Shown here piece after piece: positions 32,465-43,367 of a stretch of DNA of 64,000 nt (the first letter of the stretch is position 1; every line of letters starts with the position of its first letter). The stretch covers positions 729,146 through 793,145 of the forward strand of contig CAWIEK010000049.1 of the NCBI GenBank assembly GCA_963835065.1, read 5' to 3'. The translations under genes and the position numbers were made by a program. The DNA is from an uncultured Chthonomonadaceae bacterium. Lineage in GTDB: Bacteria; Armatimonadota; Chthonomonadetes; Chthonomonadales; Chthonomonadaceae. The notes under the pieces were generated by a model, which did no database searches, was not told the origin of the DNA, and saw only the letters and a program-made list of their open reading frames with translations.

Positions 32465-32594
32465 GTGTTCAGGTATTCGGGTATTCAGGTGTTCACGCAC
32501 TAAATTACTGACTTTGCCGCGCCTTAGCAACCGACTATACCTTTGTATTTCCTGAACACCCGAACACCTGAATACCTGAACACCTGAATACCGA
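32463..32594. repeat. (GGTGTTCA)n/(CCTGAACA)n hairpin element
   Basis: Octamer arms; relatives at 28407-28521, 45502-45600 and 63003-63115. Confidence 0.85.
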
Positions 32595-32617
32595 CTTATC
32601 AAGGACAACGCTAAAAT

Positions 32618-33085
32618 ATGAGTACATTAGAAATGGAAGTTACCATTCCGGGCGTGATTGTGAAGCCGCTGCGCAAGTTTACCGACCCGCGCGGCTGGCT
32701 GATGGAACTGTATCGTGACGACGAACTGCCCGAAGGCTTTAAGCCGGTCATGGGCTATCTTTCCCTGACGCATCCCGGCGTGGCGCGCGGTCCGCATGAG
32801 CATCGGGATCAGGCGGACGGCTTTGTGTTTTTGTCGGGAACTTATGAAGTGACGCTGTGGGAAAATCGGCCAGGCAGGGAACACGTCAAGCAGGTGCTGA
32901 CGGTGGGCGTGGACAATCCTATCTTTCTGGTTGTGCCGCCCGGCGTGGTACATGCGTATCGCAACGTCGGCGAACAGGACGCCACTGTTCTCAACTTCCC
33001 GGACCAACTGTACGCCGGATGGGGCAAAAAAGAGCCGGTGGACGAAATCCGCCACGAAGAAATCGATTCGGAGTTCAAACTGTGA
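32618..33085 (+). CDS. rfbC: dTDP-4-dehydrorhamnose 3,5-epimerase family
   Basis: DPRGWLME, ARGPHEH, VPPGVVHAY. Confidence 0.85.
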   Translation: MSTLEMEVTIPGVIVKPLRKFTDPRGWLMELYRDDELPEGFKPVMGYLSLTHPGVARGPHEHRDQADGFVFLSGTYEVTLWENRPGREHVKQVLTVGVDNPIFLVVPPGVVHAYRNVGEQDATVLNFPDQLYAGWGKKEPVDEIRHEEIDSEFKL

Positions 33086-34182
33086 GTGATTCAACTTCCA
33101 CGCCGGCCACTGCGCCCGCATCTGTGGACGCCAACGCCGCTAAAACCGTTCTCGTGACGGGTGGCGCGGGCTTTATCGGCAGCAATTATTGTCGCTACGT
33201 GCTGCAAAAGCATCCCAATTACCGCGTCATTGTTGTGGATGCCCTGACGTATGCGGGCAACCTGTCCACAATGGCCGACATGCAGCATGACCCGGCAACC
33301 GCCAATCGCTTCCGCTTTTATCCCGGCAAAATTCAGGATGAGACGGTTATCAATGGCATCATCAAGGCGGAAAAGATAGATTACATCGTCAACTTTGCCG
33401 CCGAGTCGCACAATGACCGCTCCATTCTGGAACCCGGCAGCTTTATCCAAACCGATGTGTACGGCGTGTTCACCCTTTTGGACGCCACCAAACACAATCA
33501 TGTAGACAAACTTCTTCATGTGTCTACGGACGAGGTCTACGGCACGATTGACGACGGCCAATTCACGGAACAATCGCCTATTGAGCCGAACACGCCCTAC
33601 TCGGCAAGCAAAGCCGGCGGCGAAATGCAGGTACGCGCCCATCGTATCACGTATGGGACGCCCGCGCTCGTCACCCGCTGCGGCAACAATTTCGGGCCGT
33701 TCCAGTACCCGGAAAAACTGATCCCCTTCTTTGTCACGCGCCTGATTGACGACAAGAAGGTTCCCCTGTACGGCACGGGTCAGCAGGTGCGCGACTGGGT
33801 GTATGTCATGGATCACTGCTCCGGCATTGACCATGTGCTGCATTACGGCACGTTGGGCGAAGCGTACAACGTCGGCTCGGACGGCGAATGTACCAATATG
33901 GAGATCACGCAGCGCCTGCTCCAACTGCTCGACAAACCCGAAAGCCTGATTAAGTACATCGGCGACCCACGCGGCGGCGCCCACGACAAGCGCTACAGCA
34001 TCAACGCCGACAAGTTGAAGTCACTTGGCTGGAAATCCGCTTACGACTTTGACACCGCCCTGGAGCAAACCGTTCGCTGGTACGTAGACAATCAGCAATG
34101 GTGGCGCGACATCATCGCCACCTCGGATTATCAGGATTTCGTCAAGCGGTTTTATGGCAAGTATCTGGGGGAAGATTTGTAA
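33082..34182 (+). CDS. rfbB: dTDP-glucose 4,6-dehydratase
   Basis: TGGAGFIGSN, DALTYAGN, AAESH, STDEVYG, YSASK; GTGA overlap start. Confidence 0.95.
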   Translation: MSDSTSTPATAPASVDANAAKTVLVTGGAGFIGSNYCRYVLQKHPNYRVIVVDALTYAGNLSTMADMQHDPATANRFRFYPGKIQDETVINGIIKAEKIDYIVNFAAESHNDRSILEPGSFIQTDVYGVFTLLDATKHNHVDKLLHVSTDEVYGTIDDGQFTEQSPIEPNTPYSASKAGGEMQVRAHRITYGTPALVTRCGNNFGPFQYPEKLIPFFVTRLIDDKKVPLYGTGQQVRDWVYVMDHCSGIDHVLHYGTLGEAYNVGSDGECTNMEITQRLLQLLDKPESLIKYIGDPRGGAHDKRYSINADKLKSLGWKSAYDFDTALEQTVRWYVDNQQWWRDIIATSDYQDFVKRFYGKYLGEDL

Positions 34183-34293
34183 GGTTTCAGGTATCAGGTG
34201 TCAGGTGTCAGGTGTCAGGAACGCATTTCTTCTATATTGTACATAACAGTAGCATTGTCCTGAAACCTGAAACCTGAAACCTACGGAGTTTGC

Positions 34294-34767
34294 ATGGCCC
34301 GCGTAGAAACGGATTGGGACGCTTTGCGCGTACTGATAGAAGAACGGCGTAAGCGGGGTGAGCGTATCGTTACGACGAACGGCGTTTTTGATCTGCTGCA
34401 CGTGGGGCATGTGCGCTATTTACGGCAGGCGCGGCAGTTGGGCGACGCCTTAGTTGTCGGCGTGAATTCCGACGCCTGTACGCGGCGCTTGAAGGGGGAT
34501 TCGCGCCCGCTTGTGCCGGAGGCTGAACGCATGGAAGTGCTGGCCGCGCTGTCCTGCGTGGATTACGTCACCGTCTTTGATGAGCCGACACCGAATGAAT
34601 GGCTTGCGGTTGTGCGTCCCGACATTCATGCCAAGGGTGGCGATTACGATGTGGAAGCCATGCCGGAAACACTTTTGGTACGCTCGTGGGGCGGGCAGGT
34701 CGTTGCCTTGCCCTTTGTGCCTGACCATTCTACAAGCCGCTTGATTGAACGCATGGAAGCGAAATAA
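34294..34767 (+). CDS. RfaE domain II-type nucleotidyltransferase
   Basis: TNGVFDLLHVGHVRYL, VGVNSD, KGGDY, HSTS. Confidence 0.88.
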   Translation: MARVETDWDALRVLIEERRKRGERIVTTNGVFDLLHVGHVRYLRQARQLGDALVVGVNSDACTRRLKGDSRPLVPEAERMEVLAALSCVDYVTVFDEPTPNEWLAVVRPDIHAKGGDYDVEAMPETLLVRSWGGQVVALPFVPDHSTSRLIERMEAK

Positions 34768-34773
34768 CCAGCC

Positions 34774-35808
34774 ATGAAGGCTCCTTTATCCAATCCGCCG
34801 CTGACGAATGAAATGCCGCCTGTGGCGCATGGCGAACCAACCCATGCCCTTGTAACTCCCGCGCCTGTAAATGCTGTGCCTGTAAATGCCGTGACTGGAT
34901 ACTCTTCTGCGCGTCTGCTTCCCGCTATGGTGAAAGCCATGCGACTGAAGCAGGCTCCCAAAAATTTGTTTGTGTTCGCCGCATTGGTGTTTGCGGGCAA
35001 ACTGTTTAACGGGCACATGCTTGCTCTGACGGTTGCCGCGTTCGCGCTGTTTACCCTTGCGGCGGGCAGCGTTTACCTGTTCAACGACATTCTGGATGTG
35101 GAGCAGGACCGGCAGCACCCTACCAAATGCAGGCGTCCCATCGCCTCCGGCGCGTTGCCCATCGGCGTTGCATGGGCGGAGTTGGCAGTGCTGGCGGTCG
35201 GCAGTTTAAGCGCGGCGTTCTGGCTGCGCCCCGGCTTCGGCTTCGCATTGCTGGCGTATGTCGCGCTGCAAATCGCGTACTGCCTGAAATTAAAGCATGT
35301 TGTTTTGATTGACGTGTTTACGATTGCGATGGGCTTCGTGCTGCGGGCAGTTGCGGGCGCATTGGTAATTAACGTCAGTTTCTCGCACTGGCTGCTGCTG
35401 TGTACGCTCCAGCTCGCGCTGTTTTTAGGGTTCGGCAAGCGTCGGCAGGAGATCGTTCTGCTTGGCGAAGGCGCGGGCAAGCACCGCGCCAATCTTGACG
35501 AGTACAGCAAGCCCCTGCTGGATCAGATCATCAACATCGTGGTCGGCGTCACGATTGTCTGCTATTCCGTTTACAGCGTGGAATCCGACACGGCGCACCT
35601 GCACCCGCATCTATGGGTCACGGTTCCGATTGTCATCTACGCCCTGTTCCGCTACATGTATTTGGTGTACCAGAAGGGCTGGGGCGGCGCTCCCGACGAA
35701 GTGCTGCAAAAAGACCGCGTCCTACAGGCGACAATCGTAGTCTGGTTCCTCGTCGTGATGCTGATATTCAAGTTCGATACCGGAATGTGGTCGGCGATAC
35801 AGCGGTAA
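34774..35808 (+). CDS. UbiA family decaprenyl-phosphate phosphoribosyltransferase-like
   Basis: KNLFVF, YLFNDILD..DRQHPTK.RRPIASG, GFVLRAVAG, GKRRQE. Confidence 0.88.
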   Translation: MKAPLSNPPLTNEMPPVAHGEPTHALVTPAPVNAVPVNAVTGYSSARLLPAMVKAMRLKQAPKNLFVFAALVFAGKLFNGHMLALTVAAFALFTLAAGSVYLFNDILDVEQDRQHPTKCRRPIASGALPIGVAWAELAVLAVGSLSAAFWLRPGFGFALLAYVALQIAYCLKLKHVVLIDVFTIAMGFVLRAVAGALVINVSFSHWLLLCTLQLALFLGFGKRRQEIVLLGEGAGKHRANLDEYSKPLLDQIINIVVGVTIVCYSVYSVESDTAHLHPHLWVTVPIVIYALFRYMYLVYQKGWGGAPDEVLQKDRVLQATIVVWFLVVMLIFKFDTGMWSAIQR

Positions 35809-35922
35809 ATGATGAGTGATGAGTGATGAATGATGAATAGAAGAAACAGAGGCGGCTTTGCGCGTTGAACGATAAAGCATCCAGCAGTATTTACTCATCA
35901 TTCATCATTCATCACTCATCAT
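35809..35922. repeat. (GATGAGT/GATGAAT)n inverted hairpin element
   Basis: Inverted heptamer arms; same unit as the translated cassettes in hemA and the Ni transporter. Confidence 0.85.
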
Positions 35923-35938
35923 TTCCTCGGAGGTTGCT

Positions 35939-36829
35939 ATGCGCGTATTGGTGACGGGGGCGAACGGCATGTTGGGCACGGACTTGTGCGCCATGCTCGA
36001 AGCGGGCGGGCATGACGTGGTGCGCACGGATGTGGGGGCGCGGGAAAACGTTCCTGTCGGCTCGTGGGAAGCTTTGGATATTACGCATCCGCAAAATGTG
36101 GCCGATGTGATTTTGAAGCATCAGCCGGATGCCGTTGTCCATACCGCCGCGTATACGGACGTGGACGGCTGCGAACGCGACCCGGACAAGGCGTACCTGC
36201 TCAACGCGCAAGGCACGTGGAATGTGGCGGCGGTGTGCGGTTCGCACAACATCACCTTAGCGTATGTCAGCACCGATTTTGTTTTTGACGGCACAAAAAC
36301 AACGCCGTACACCGAATTCGATAGCGTCAATCCGCTCAGTCATTACGGCGCGTCGAAGTTGGCCGGGGAAAAACTCGTTGCCCAACTATGCCGCAAACAC
36401 TACATTGTGCGGACGCAATGGCTGTACGGCGTCCATGGCAAGTGCTTCCCGTCCACCATGCTGAACCTGGCGCAAACCCGCAAGGACTTGAAGGTCGTGG
36501 TAGATCAAATCGGCAGCCCGACGCATACCGTAGATTTAGCGCGTACCATCATCATGCTGCTGCACTCGCCCATGTACGGGATTTACCACGTCGCCAACGC
36601 GGGGCAGTGTTCCTGGGCGGAACTGGCGCAGCGCACCTTTGAACTCGCGGGCGTCGGGCATGTCACGGTTCACCCTGTTCCGGCCAGCGAGTACCCATCG
36701 CCGACAAAGCGCCCCGCGTACTCCGTGATGCGCCGATACGCCCTCGAACTGCAAGGCCGCGACAACCTACCACCCTGGCAGCAATCCCTCGCCGAGTTCA
36801 TTGCCCTCAAAAAACAGCAAGCGTCCTGA
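35939..36829 (+). CDS. rfbD: dTDP-4-dehydrorhamnose reductase
   Basis: TGANGMLG, STDFVFDG, YGASKLAGE, DQIGSPT. Confidence 0.95.
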   Translation: MRVLVTGANGMLGTDLCAMLEAGGHDVVRTDVGARENVPVGSWEALDITHPQNVADVILKHQPDAVVHTAAYTDVDGCERDPDKAYLLNAQGTWNVAAVCGSHNITLAYVSTDFVFDGTKTTPYTEFDSVNPLSHYGASKLAGEKLVAQLCRKHYIVRTQWLYGVHGKCFPSTMLNLAQTRKDLKVVVDQIGSPTHTVDLARTIIMLLHSPMYGIYHVANAGQCSWAELAQRTFELAGVGHVTVHPVPASEYPSPTKRPAYSVMRRYALELQGRDNLPPWQQSLAEFIALKKQQAS

Positions 36830-36866
36830 CGTACTCTTAAACTGTACGCAGCATATACCCTAAGTT

Positions 36867-37857
36867 TCAGGATAAGCGTTGCAGCCATGCTTCCACATCG
36901 GCAAGCGTGATATTGCCGAGCAGTTCTTCAGCCAGTACCTCTGCCTCTTTAGGTGTAAGCTTCTGAACGCGCTGCTGCAACGCAATGGGTACAGGACCAA
37001 ACTTATGCTGCAACAAGCGTGATACGACCGTCGCTACTCCTTCTTGCAGCCCGGCCTGGCGGCCTTCTTGCAGTCCTTCTAAACGGCCTTCTAAACGGCC
37101 TTCCTCCCTGCCCTGGCGACGGTAACTGCTCATCAGTTCCATACTTTGCTCCTTCTCCGTTGTGGGCAACGCGGCTACCTGCCGCTGATACCATTGTTCA
37201 TCGGTTGTATTGAGTCTCAAATACGTTTCCATAAACAGGAAAATCAAGTCTGACTTTGCCGGATCAAGTTTGAGCGTGAGCAGCAGGCGCAGGCATTGCA
37301 GTTTTACCCGCTTCTGGTCGCTCGGCGCAACTTTCATTTTCGTCATCAAGGCTACAGCAACCGGGTTGGCCTGCTGCATAAAGCGCCGCCACGGCAGACG
37401 GTTGAGTTGAATGGCGCGAAAGCGGAAGTCCAGTACGCGCAAGCCGGGAACGTTCACGATGTACTTGTTCGGTTCGGCGCGCTTGGGCGCGTCGAATGAC
37501 AGGAGCGCGACCGGCAGAATGGGCAAGCCGTACTTCTCGTGCAGCCGGGCAAAGTAGCGTAAACATGCGCCGCGCGAACTCCGCCTGCGAGGACGCTTGG
37601 TTTTCCACATGGATCAGCAGGCATGTTTCCTCGCCTTGCCAGCCTCACTTTGACCAGCACGTCTACAATGTGTTTTTCGCCGGATTGGATGTCGGTGAAA
37701 ACTCCTGGCTCAGAAACTCCAGACTGTCCGGCTCCATTTTCGCGCTCACTTCGGGCAGGAACAGGGCTACGAAATCCACAAAAAACGTCGTCAGCAGCGT
37801 CTTGAACAAACGGTCATGATCTATGCTCGGATCCGAGATTCCATTGGTATCACTCAC
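36867..37857 (-). pseudogene. Rpn-family / DUF4351 nuclease-putative transposase with three single-base frameshifts
   Basis: Pieces HDRLFKTLL, DVLVKV, LLIHVENQ and RYFARLHEKY...GREEGRLEG lie in successive frames. Confidence 0.8.
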
Positions 37858-38161
37858 AGTTTTCCACCTTTTCTGCCATCTTCCACTCTCTCCAACGTCC
37901 GATGCCAAATTTCAGTATGCCGTTTGATGCGTAGCAGTGTTTCCACACTATGAGATATAGTACCTGCGAAACGACAAAACTGCAATGGAGAACGGGCAGC
38001 CTTACATTCTTAGCTGCGGATATTGCGAAAAGTGCACAAGATACTCCATTCCCCTGCCCGAATTCAGGGAAGGGATGGATTTTTCATGAAGAACATGGGA
38101 ACAACCGCCGAAGTCAGCAAGCATCTTTTATCCCTCATCCTTCATCCTTCATCCTTGCTTT

Positions 38162-40237
38162 TCAGTGTTCCACGTGTTCTTTCTTGTGGCCGGCAATGAT
38201 GGCCGGCATCAGATGCGCGGGAACTTCCTCGTAGTGCGACAGCGAGGCGGTAAACGTGCCGTGTCCGCGCGTTATGGAGCGCAGGTCAATGGCGTAGCGC
38301 AGCATCTCGGCCTGTGGAACCGTTGCTTTCAAATGGGTCTTGCCGTGTCCGATGTTTTCCGTGCCGATTACGCGGCCCCGCTTGCCCGTCAGGTCGGTCA
38401 TCACCGCGCCCATCATGTTTTCGGGAACGGTCACTTCCAGATTCATAATCGGTTCTTTCAGGATCGGCCCGGCTTTCAGCGCCACGCTGTTAAACGCCAG
38501 AATACCCGCCATGATGAACGCGGCCTCGGACGAATCTACGTCATGGTATGAACCGTCGTAAACCGTCACTTTCAAGTCTACGGCCGGGTAGCCCGCCTGT
38601 ATGCCCGTTTGCGCCGCCTGCCGGACGCCCTTTTCCACAGCGGGGATGTATTGGCGCGGAATGGAGCCGCCGACAATCGCGTCTACGAACTCCACGCCGC
38701 CCTCTTTGTTGGGTTCCAGCCGTATCCAGCAGTCGCCGAATTGCCCCCTGCCGCCCGTCTGCTTTTTGTGCCGCCCCTGCCCTTCCGCTTTCATGGAAAT
38801 GGTTTCGCGGTAGGGCACTTTGCGGTCTACCACTTCCACGTTCGCGCCGAACTTTTTCAAGCGCTCGATCACGATTGCCAGATGAGTTTCCCCTGCCCCG
38901 CAAAGTATCGTCTGCCCGGTTTCCACGTCCCGATGGAACCGAAACGCGGGATCGGAAACGGCAACGCGCTGCAGCGCCGGCCCCATTTTGTCTTCATCCA
39001 CTTTGGTTTTGGCGACAACCGCCTGCTCAAATATCGGTTCGGGGATTTCCAGCCCGTCCAGCACAATCGGTTTTGCCGGGTCGCAAAGCGTGTCGCCCGT
39101 GCGCGTATCCGCCAGTTTCGCCGTGACGCCGATGTCGCCCGCGTGGATTTCGGATGTGGCTTCCTGATTCTTGCCCCGCGCATAATAAATCTGCCCGATG
39201 CGCTCCTCCCGGCCCCGACTGGCATTGAGCAGCGTCACGCCGTTTTTCAAAACGCCGGACATGACGCGGAAATAGTTGAGCGTTCCCAAAAACGGGTCGG
39301 CGATGGTCTTGAATACGAGGGCGCATACGGCGTCTTTGTCCGTCGCGTGGCGCGTTTCTTCCCTGCCGGTTTGCGGGTGCTTGCCGTGAATGTGTTCGAT
39401 CTCGACGGGGTTGGGGAATTCGTGAACGATGATGTCCAGCAGGTCGGTCATGCCGATGTCTTTCAGCGCGGAGCCGCACAGAACAGGGATCACCTTGCCC
39501 GCGTCAATGCCTTCGTGCAGGCCGCGCACCACTTCATCGTGGGTCAGCGTTTCGCCTCCCAAAAACTTTTCAATCAGTTCGTCGTCACCCTCCGCGGCGG
39601 ATTCTACCAGCAATTCGCGGTAGCGCAGCGCTTCCGGCAGGCAGTCGGCGGGGATTTCGGAACACTCCACGTCCTTGCCCGTGCCCACAAACGCCTTCAT
39701 TTCCACCAGATCAATCACGCCCACAAACTTGTCCGCGCTCCCGATGGGCAACTGCACGGGCGCGATGCTGTTGCCGTAGCGCTTGCGCAGTGATTGCACG
39801 ACGTGGGCGTAATCGGCGTTTTCCCGATCCATCTTGTTGACGAACACGGCGCGGGGCAGATTTTGCGCGGCGGCGAGTTCCCACGCGATCTCAAAGCCGA
39901 CTTCCGGCTCGCCCTGCGCAGGCGTGACCAGAATCGCCGCCTCGACCACGCACAGCGCGCTTTTCACTTCGCACACAAAGTCCAGGTAGCCCGGCACGTC
40001 CACGATGTTGATTTTCGTGTTGTGCCATTCGCACGGGGCGAGGGCGACGTTGATGCTGATGCGCCGCTTTTGCTCTTCCCCTTCAAAGTCAGTCGTGGCG
40101 GTTCCCTCATCGGAACGGCCCAGGCGGTCAAGGGCACCAGAGGTGTACAGCAACGCTTCGGCAAGCGACGTTTTGCCCGCCCCCTGATGCCCAAATAGCC
40201 CGACATTTCGCAGCGCCTCAATTCCGTAGCTTTTCAT
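38162..40237 (-). CDS. fusA: elongation factor G-like protein (EF-G2 type paralog)
   Basis: GHQGAGKT, DVPGYLDF, NKMD, KKQTGGRGQFG, GSYHDVDSSE; not in an str operon. Confidence 0.88.
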   Translation of the reverse strand: MKSYGIEALRNVGLFGHQGAGKTSLAEALLYTSGALDRLGRSDEGTATTDFEGEEQKRRISINVALAPCEWHNTKINIVDVPGYLDFVCEVKSALCVVEAAILVTPAQGEPEVGFEIAWELAAAQNLPRAVFVNKMDRENADYAHVVQSLRKRYGNSIAPVQLPIGSADKFVGVIDLVEMKAFVGTGKDVECSEIPADCLPEALRYRELLVESAAEGDDELIEKFLGGETLTHDEVVRGLHEGIDAGKVIPVLCGSALKDIGMTDLLDIIVHEFPNPVEIEHIHGKHPQTGREETRHATDKDAVCALVFKTIADPFLGTLNYFRVMSGVLKNGVTLLNASRGREERIGQIYYARGKNQEATSEIHAGDIGVTAKLADTRTGDTLCDPAKPIVLDGLEIPEPIFEQAVVAKTKVDEDKMGPALQRVAVSDPAFRFHRDVETGQTILCGAGETHLAIVIERLKKFGANVEVVDRKVPYRETISMKAEGQGRHKKQTGGRGQFGDCWIRLEPNKEGGVEFVDAIVGGSIPRQYIPAVEKGVRQAAQTGIQAGYPAVDLKVTVYDGSYHDVDSSEAAFIMAGILAFNSVALKAGPILKEPIMNLEVTVPENMMGAVMTDLTGKRGRVIGTENIGHGKTHLKATVPQAEMLRYAIDLRSITRGHGTFTASLSHYEEVPAHLMPAIIAGHKKEHVEH

Positions 40238-40419
40238 GGTTACTCTCCTTACGAGAAAGAAACAAGCCTTGACTCTCCTAATGGCAAAAGCCATCAGAAG
40301 TGTTAAGGTTAGATTATGCTTCGGAAGACAGATTCCTGCGCAACCACGCGCATTTTTTATGCTCGGCTACTAAATAGTTTATGGGGAGAGAGTTGCAGGC
40401 AAGAGGGCCGGGGGTAAAA

Positions 40420-40605
40420 TCAATTACGAAGCGCTACCTCTGCCTGCGCCTCAAACGCAAAGGACACATCGCTCATTTGCGGGTCGGAACCTAACTCGGT
40501 AAAGGCGTCGAAGAGTTGACGTTCCTCCTGCTCGGCAACAAAACGGTCAACGGCTTCCTGAATTAGTTGGAAGCAGCGGTATACGCTTCGCAATGAATTT
40601 AACAT
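40420..40605 (-). CDS. small hypothetical protein, possibly an antitoxin-like remnant
   Basis: 61 aa; LIQEAVDRF...FAFEAQAEV; no toxin partner seen. Confidence 0.35.
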   Translation of the reverse strand: MLNSLRSVYRCFQLIQEAVDRFVAEQEERQLFDAFTELGSDPQMSDVSFAFEAQAEVALRN

Positions 40606-40711
40606 AAGGAGTACACCCTTCTATCCTAATATTGGATTTGTTGTATAATAGAGACAAGAACTTTAGGAGAGACACCTATGACATCAGCAACCATTTCACC
40701 TGTTCTGGATA

Positions 40712-41787
40712 TACTAACGGCAGGTGAGAAGTTCAAAGTTCTCGGTCATCAGAGTGGCTAATTCCTCCTTGTAGCGTCCAATGTCGGCGAAAAACGCCTC
40801 AATCGCCTCGGTGAACTGCGCGAACGTCTGGTAGAAGTGGCACAAGACCCGCTTCTTGCAAAACTTCCACAAGCGCTCACTCAGATTGAGGTTGGGCGAG
40901 TAGGGCGGCAAGTACACCAAAACAACGCGTTTGCCCACCAGATGCGCTTTGACCAGGCGGGCATGAAAGTAGCGGGCATTGTCCACATACACCGTAATGG
41001 TAGAGGCGTCGGGAAACGCCGCTTCTAAAGCGTCTATCCACGTGAGGACGGTCTGCGCATTGATCATCCCCGCCGTCGCCACGCCCACATACTGCCCGTC
41101 CACAGCGGAGTAACTGCCCAACACGCTGTAGCGGGAGCGACCGGAGTTGGCGCATAAGGCCGGACGCTTTCCGCGCTTGGCCCACAAACAGCCCGGATGC
41201 ACATTGTGCAGGAAGTGAACCGCATCGGCAAACAGCACTTGCGCGTCTGACGTTCGCTCGCGCTTGGCTTGCTCATACTCCTTTAAAAAATCTTCCTGCG
41301 CGGCCGGGTCGGCCTGGGCAGGAACCAGATGCGCTTTCTGACGGGAGTAGCCCAGACGGTGGAGCAACTCGCGCATTGCGCGTTCCGAGTAGCCCACGCC
41401 GAAGGTGTGTTGCACCCACGCGCAGACGTGCTTGGCCGTCTGAAAGTGGGTTTTGTCTACTTCCTCAGAGAGTTGTTCGAGTTGCGTGGGAGTGAGGTGA
41501 GGCTCAGAACCTCCCACGTCCCACGCGCACAGAGCGTCTGGTCCGCCTCTCTCCTAGCGGTCGAGCCAATCATGTACGCTCTGTTCGCTGGTAAAGAGGA
41601 CGGCTGCAATGTCGCGGTTGGTACGCCCGTCCGCTTTCAAGAGAACACATTGGAGGCGGTCGCGGAGCCGCACATTCTTTTCGGTTTTGTAGCGGCGAAC
41701 AAGTTCGGCGCGTTGGTCGTCGGTAAGGGTAAGAAGGCGTTTCATGCCCTTTATTTTACACCATGAACTTATCACCCGCCGTTAGTA
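40712..41787 (-). mobile_element. IS630-family insertion sequence
   Basis: 24-bp TIRs with 22/24 match (40712-40735, 41764-41787); TA duplication at 40710-11 and 41788-89. Confidence 0.93.
40714..41745 (-). pseudogene. IS630 transposase with in-frame TAG at 41554-41556
   Basis: HTH ...WLDR*ERGG continues in frame to DNARYFH, LPPYSPNLN.SERLW. Confidence 0.88.
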
Positions 41788-42875
41788 TAAGTTAAGCGGA
41801 TACTTGTATGCACGTGGCCGCTATGCTCTTGCCATCCCGTTTGTTGAGCGACTGCTGGAGATTAGACGACAGGCCCTTTCTCATAATCCCTCAGACACGA
41901 CACTGTTAGAAAATTGCGCGGAAAGCCTCAATGATCTGGCAGAGTTATACGATACTCAGACACGCTATGCAGAGGCAGAAGCAATGTTTCAGGAAGCGTT
42001 AACGGCTATACGGCAAGTTCATTCCAACGATCATCCGCACATCGCAATCATACTTCAGAATATTGCGTTATCTCACTATCAACGCGGAAATAAATCTCAG
42101 GCCGAACAATACTACACACAAGCGCTGGATATTTGGCGTCAGTTCCCCAATTCCAATTATGCCGCTGCCAGCATCCAAAACATGGCAGAGTTGTACCGTA
42201 CGCAACAGCGCTTTTTGGATGCGAAGCCGCTTTATGCTAAGGCGCTATGCATACAGCGGCGCATAAATCCCAAGGGACATAATGATACCGCTATCACTCA
42301 CTACAATCTGGCGCTGTTATACCAGAACCTCAATTCTTACGCCAAGGCCCAGCTACACTTCAAACATGCTTTGAAAATAGACAGCAAAGTGCATGGCGAG
42401 AACAGCCCCGAATTTGCCGCAGACCTCAAAGGCTTGGCAGAATTGTACAAACTGATGGAAAGAGACGAAGACGCGGAGGAACTGTTTCAGCAAGCCGAGG
42501 CTATCCTGCGTTCACAGGAAAGTTAGTGCCTCAAATGGCGCTGCTGTCCCAAAACAAGCGGAGCGCGTCAGCCATCGGTTTCGCGCCTTCGTCGCAGTTC
42601 CGCCAACATTTCTTTCAGGGTGTGCCTTCCTGCAAGCAGCCCCTCTCAAATTCCGCGGAGCGCCGTCGCTACGCGCCCGTGCTGCGGCACTAACATTAAC
42701 ATTCCGCCAACAAATACGCGCATCTCGTGATTTTGCCCTTCTACAATGCCAAGCTTCTCACGCAGAGTTTATCGTTTTTTCTTAACCTTTACTTCCTATC
42801 TTTCTCTGTGAAGCCTCTGTGTCTCTGGGACTCTGTGGTGAGATGTATTCGCGGCTATTTTCCTCATGGCATGGC

Positions 42876-43367
42876 TCAGGCGTTTTCCAGTTGCTTTTCC
42901 AGAGATGCGCCGGGTACGGGCGTTTTGAATGTCCACAATTTGTTGGCGACGAAGTTCCAGCAGGCTACGCAGCCGGTTGCGACCAGCGTGGCAATGATAA
43001 AATGCAATTTGTCCGGCTTGCCCTGCCCGATGAAGCGACCCGTGAACAGAAACAGCACCGACTTGAACAGGAAAATGTTCAGGCAAAAGCCCACGATGTT
43101 GACCATCACGAACTTGACGTACATCTCATGCCGCCGCCCCGAACCCATGCCCTGAAACGTCCAGCGGCTGTTCCAGAAGAAGCCGTTCGTGACGCCGAAC
43201 AAAAACGAGATGGACTTTGCCAGCGTAGCGTTGAAGTTCCAGTGATAAATCAGCATACTGGAAATCACGATGTCAATAATGGTGCTGGAAAGCCCGATAA
43301 GACAGAACTTGACGAACTGGCGTACTGCGGGACGCTGCGCCAAATCTGCCGGTAGTACCTGAGCCAT
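42876..43367 (-). CDS. GtrA family protein
   Basis: QFVKFCLIG, NGFFWNSRWTF, WNFVANKLWTF. Confidence 0.9.
   Translation of the reverse strand: MAQVLPADLAQRPAVRQFVKFCLIGLSSTIIDIVISSMLIYHWNFNATLAKSISFLFGVTNGFFWNSRWTFQGMGSGRRHEMYVKFVMVNIVGFCLNIFLFKSVLFLFTGRFIGQGKPDKLHFIIATLVATGCVACWNFVANKLWTFKTPVPGASLEKQLENA

Larger units (their letters stand above)
40678..42526 (+). pseudogene. TPR protein interrupted by IS630 after codon 11
   Basis: AGGAG + ATG at 40678; excising the IS and one TA gives MTSATISPVLDKLSGYLYARGRY, in frame with the 41804-42526 TPRs. Confidence 0.85.

Noticed and set aside
38162..40237. Tyr in place of the catalytic His in EF-G as a novelty
   Set aside because: Divergent switch II motifs are common in EF-G2-type paralogs.
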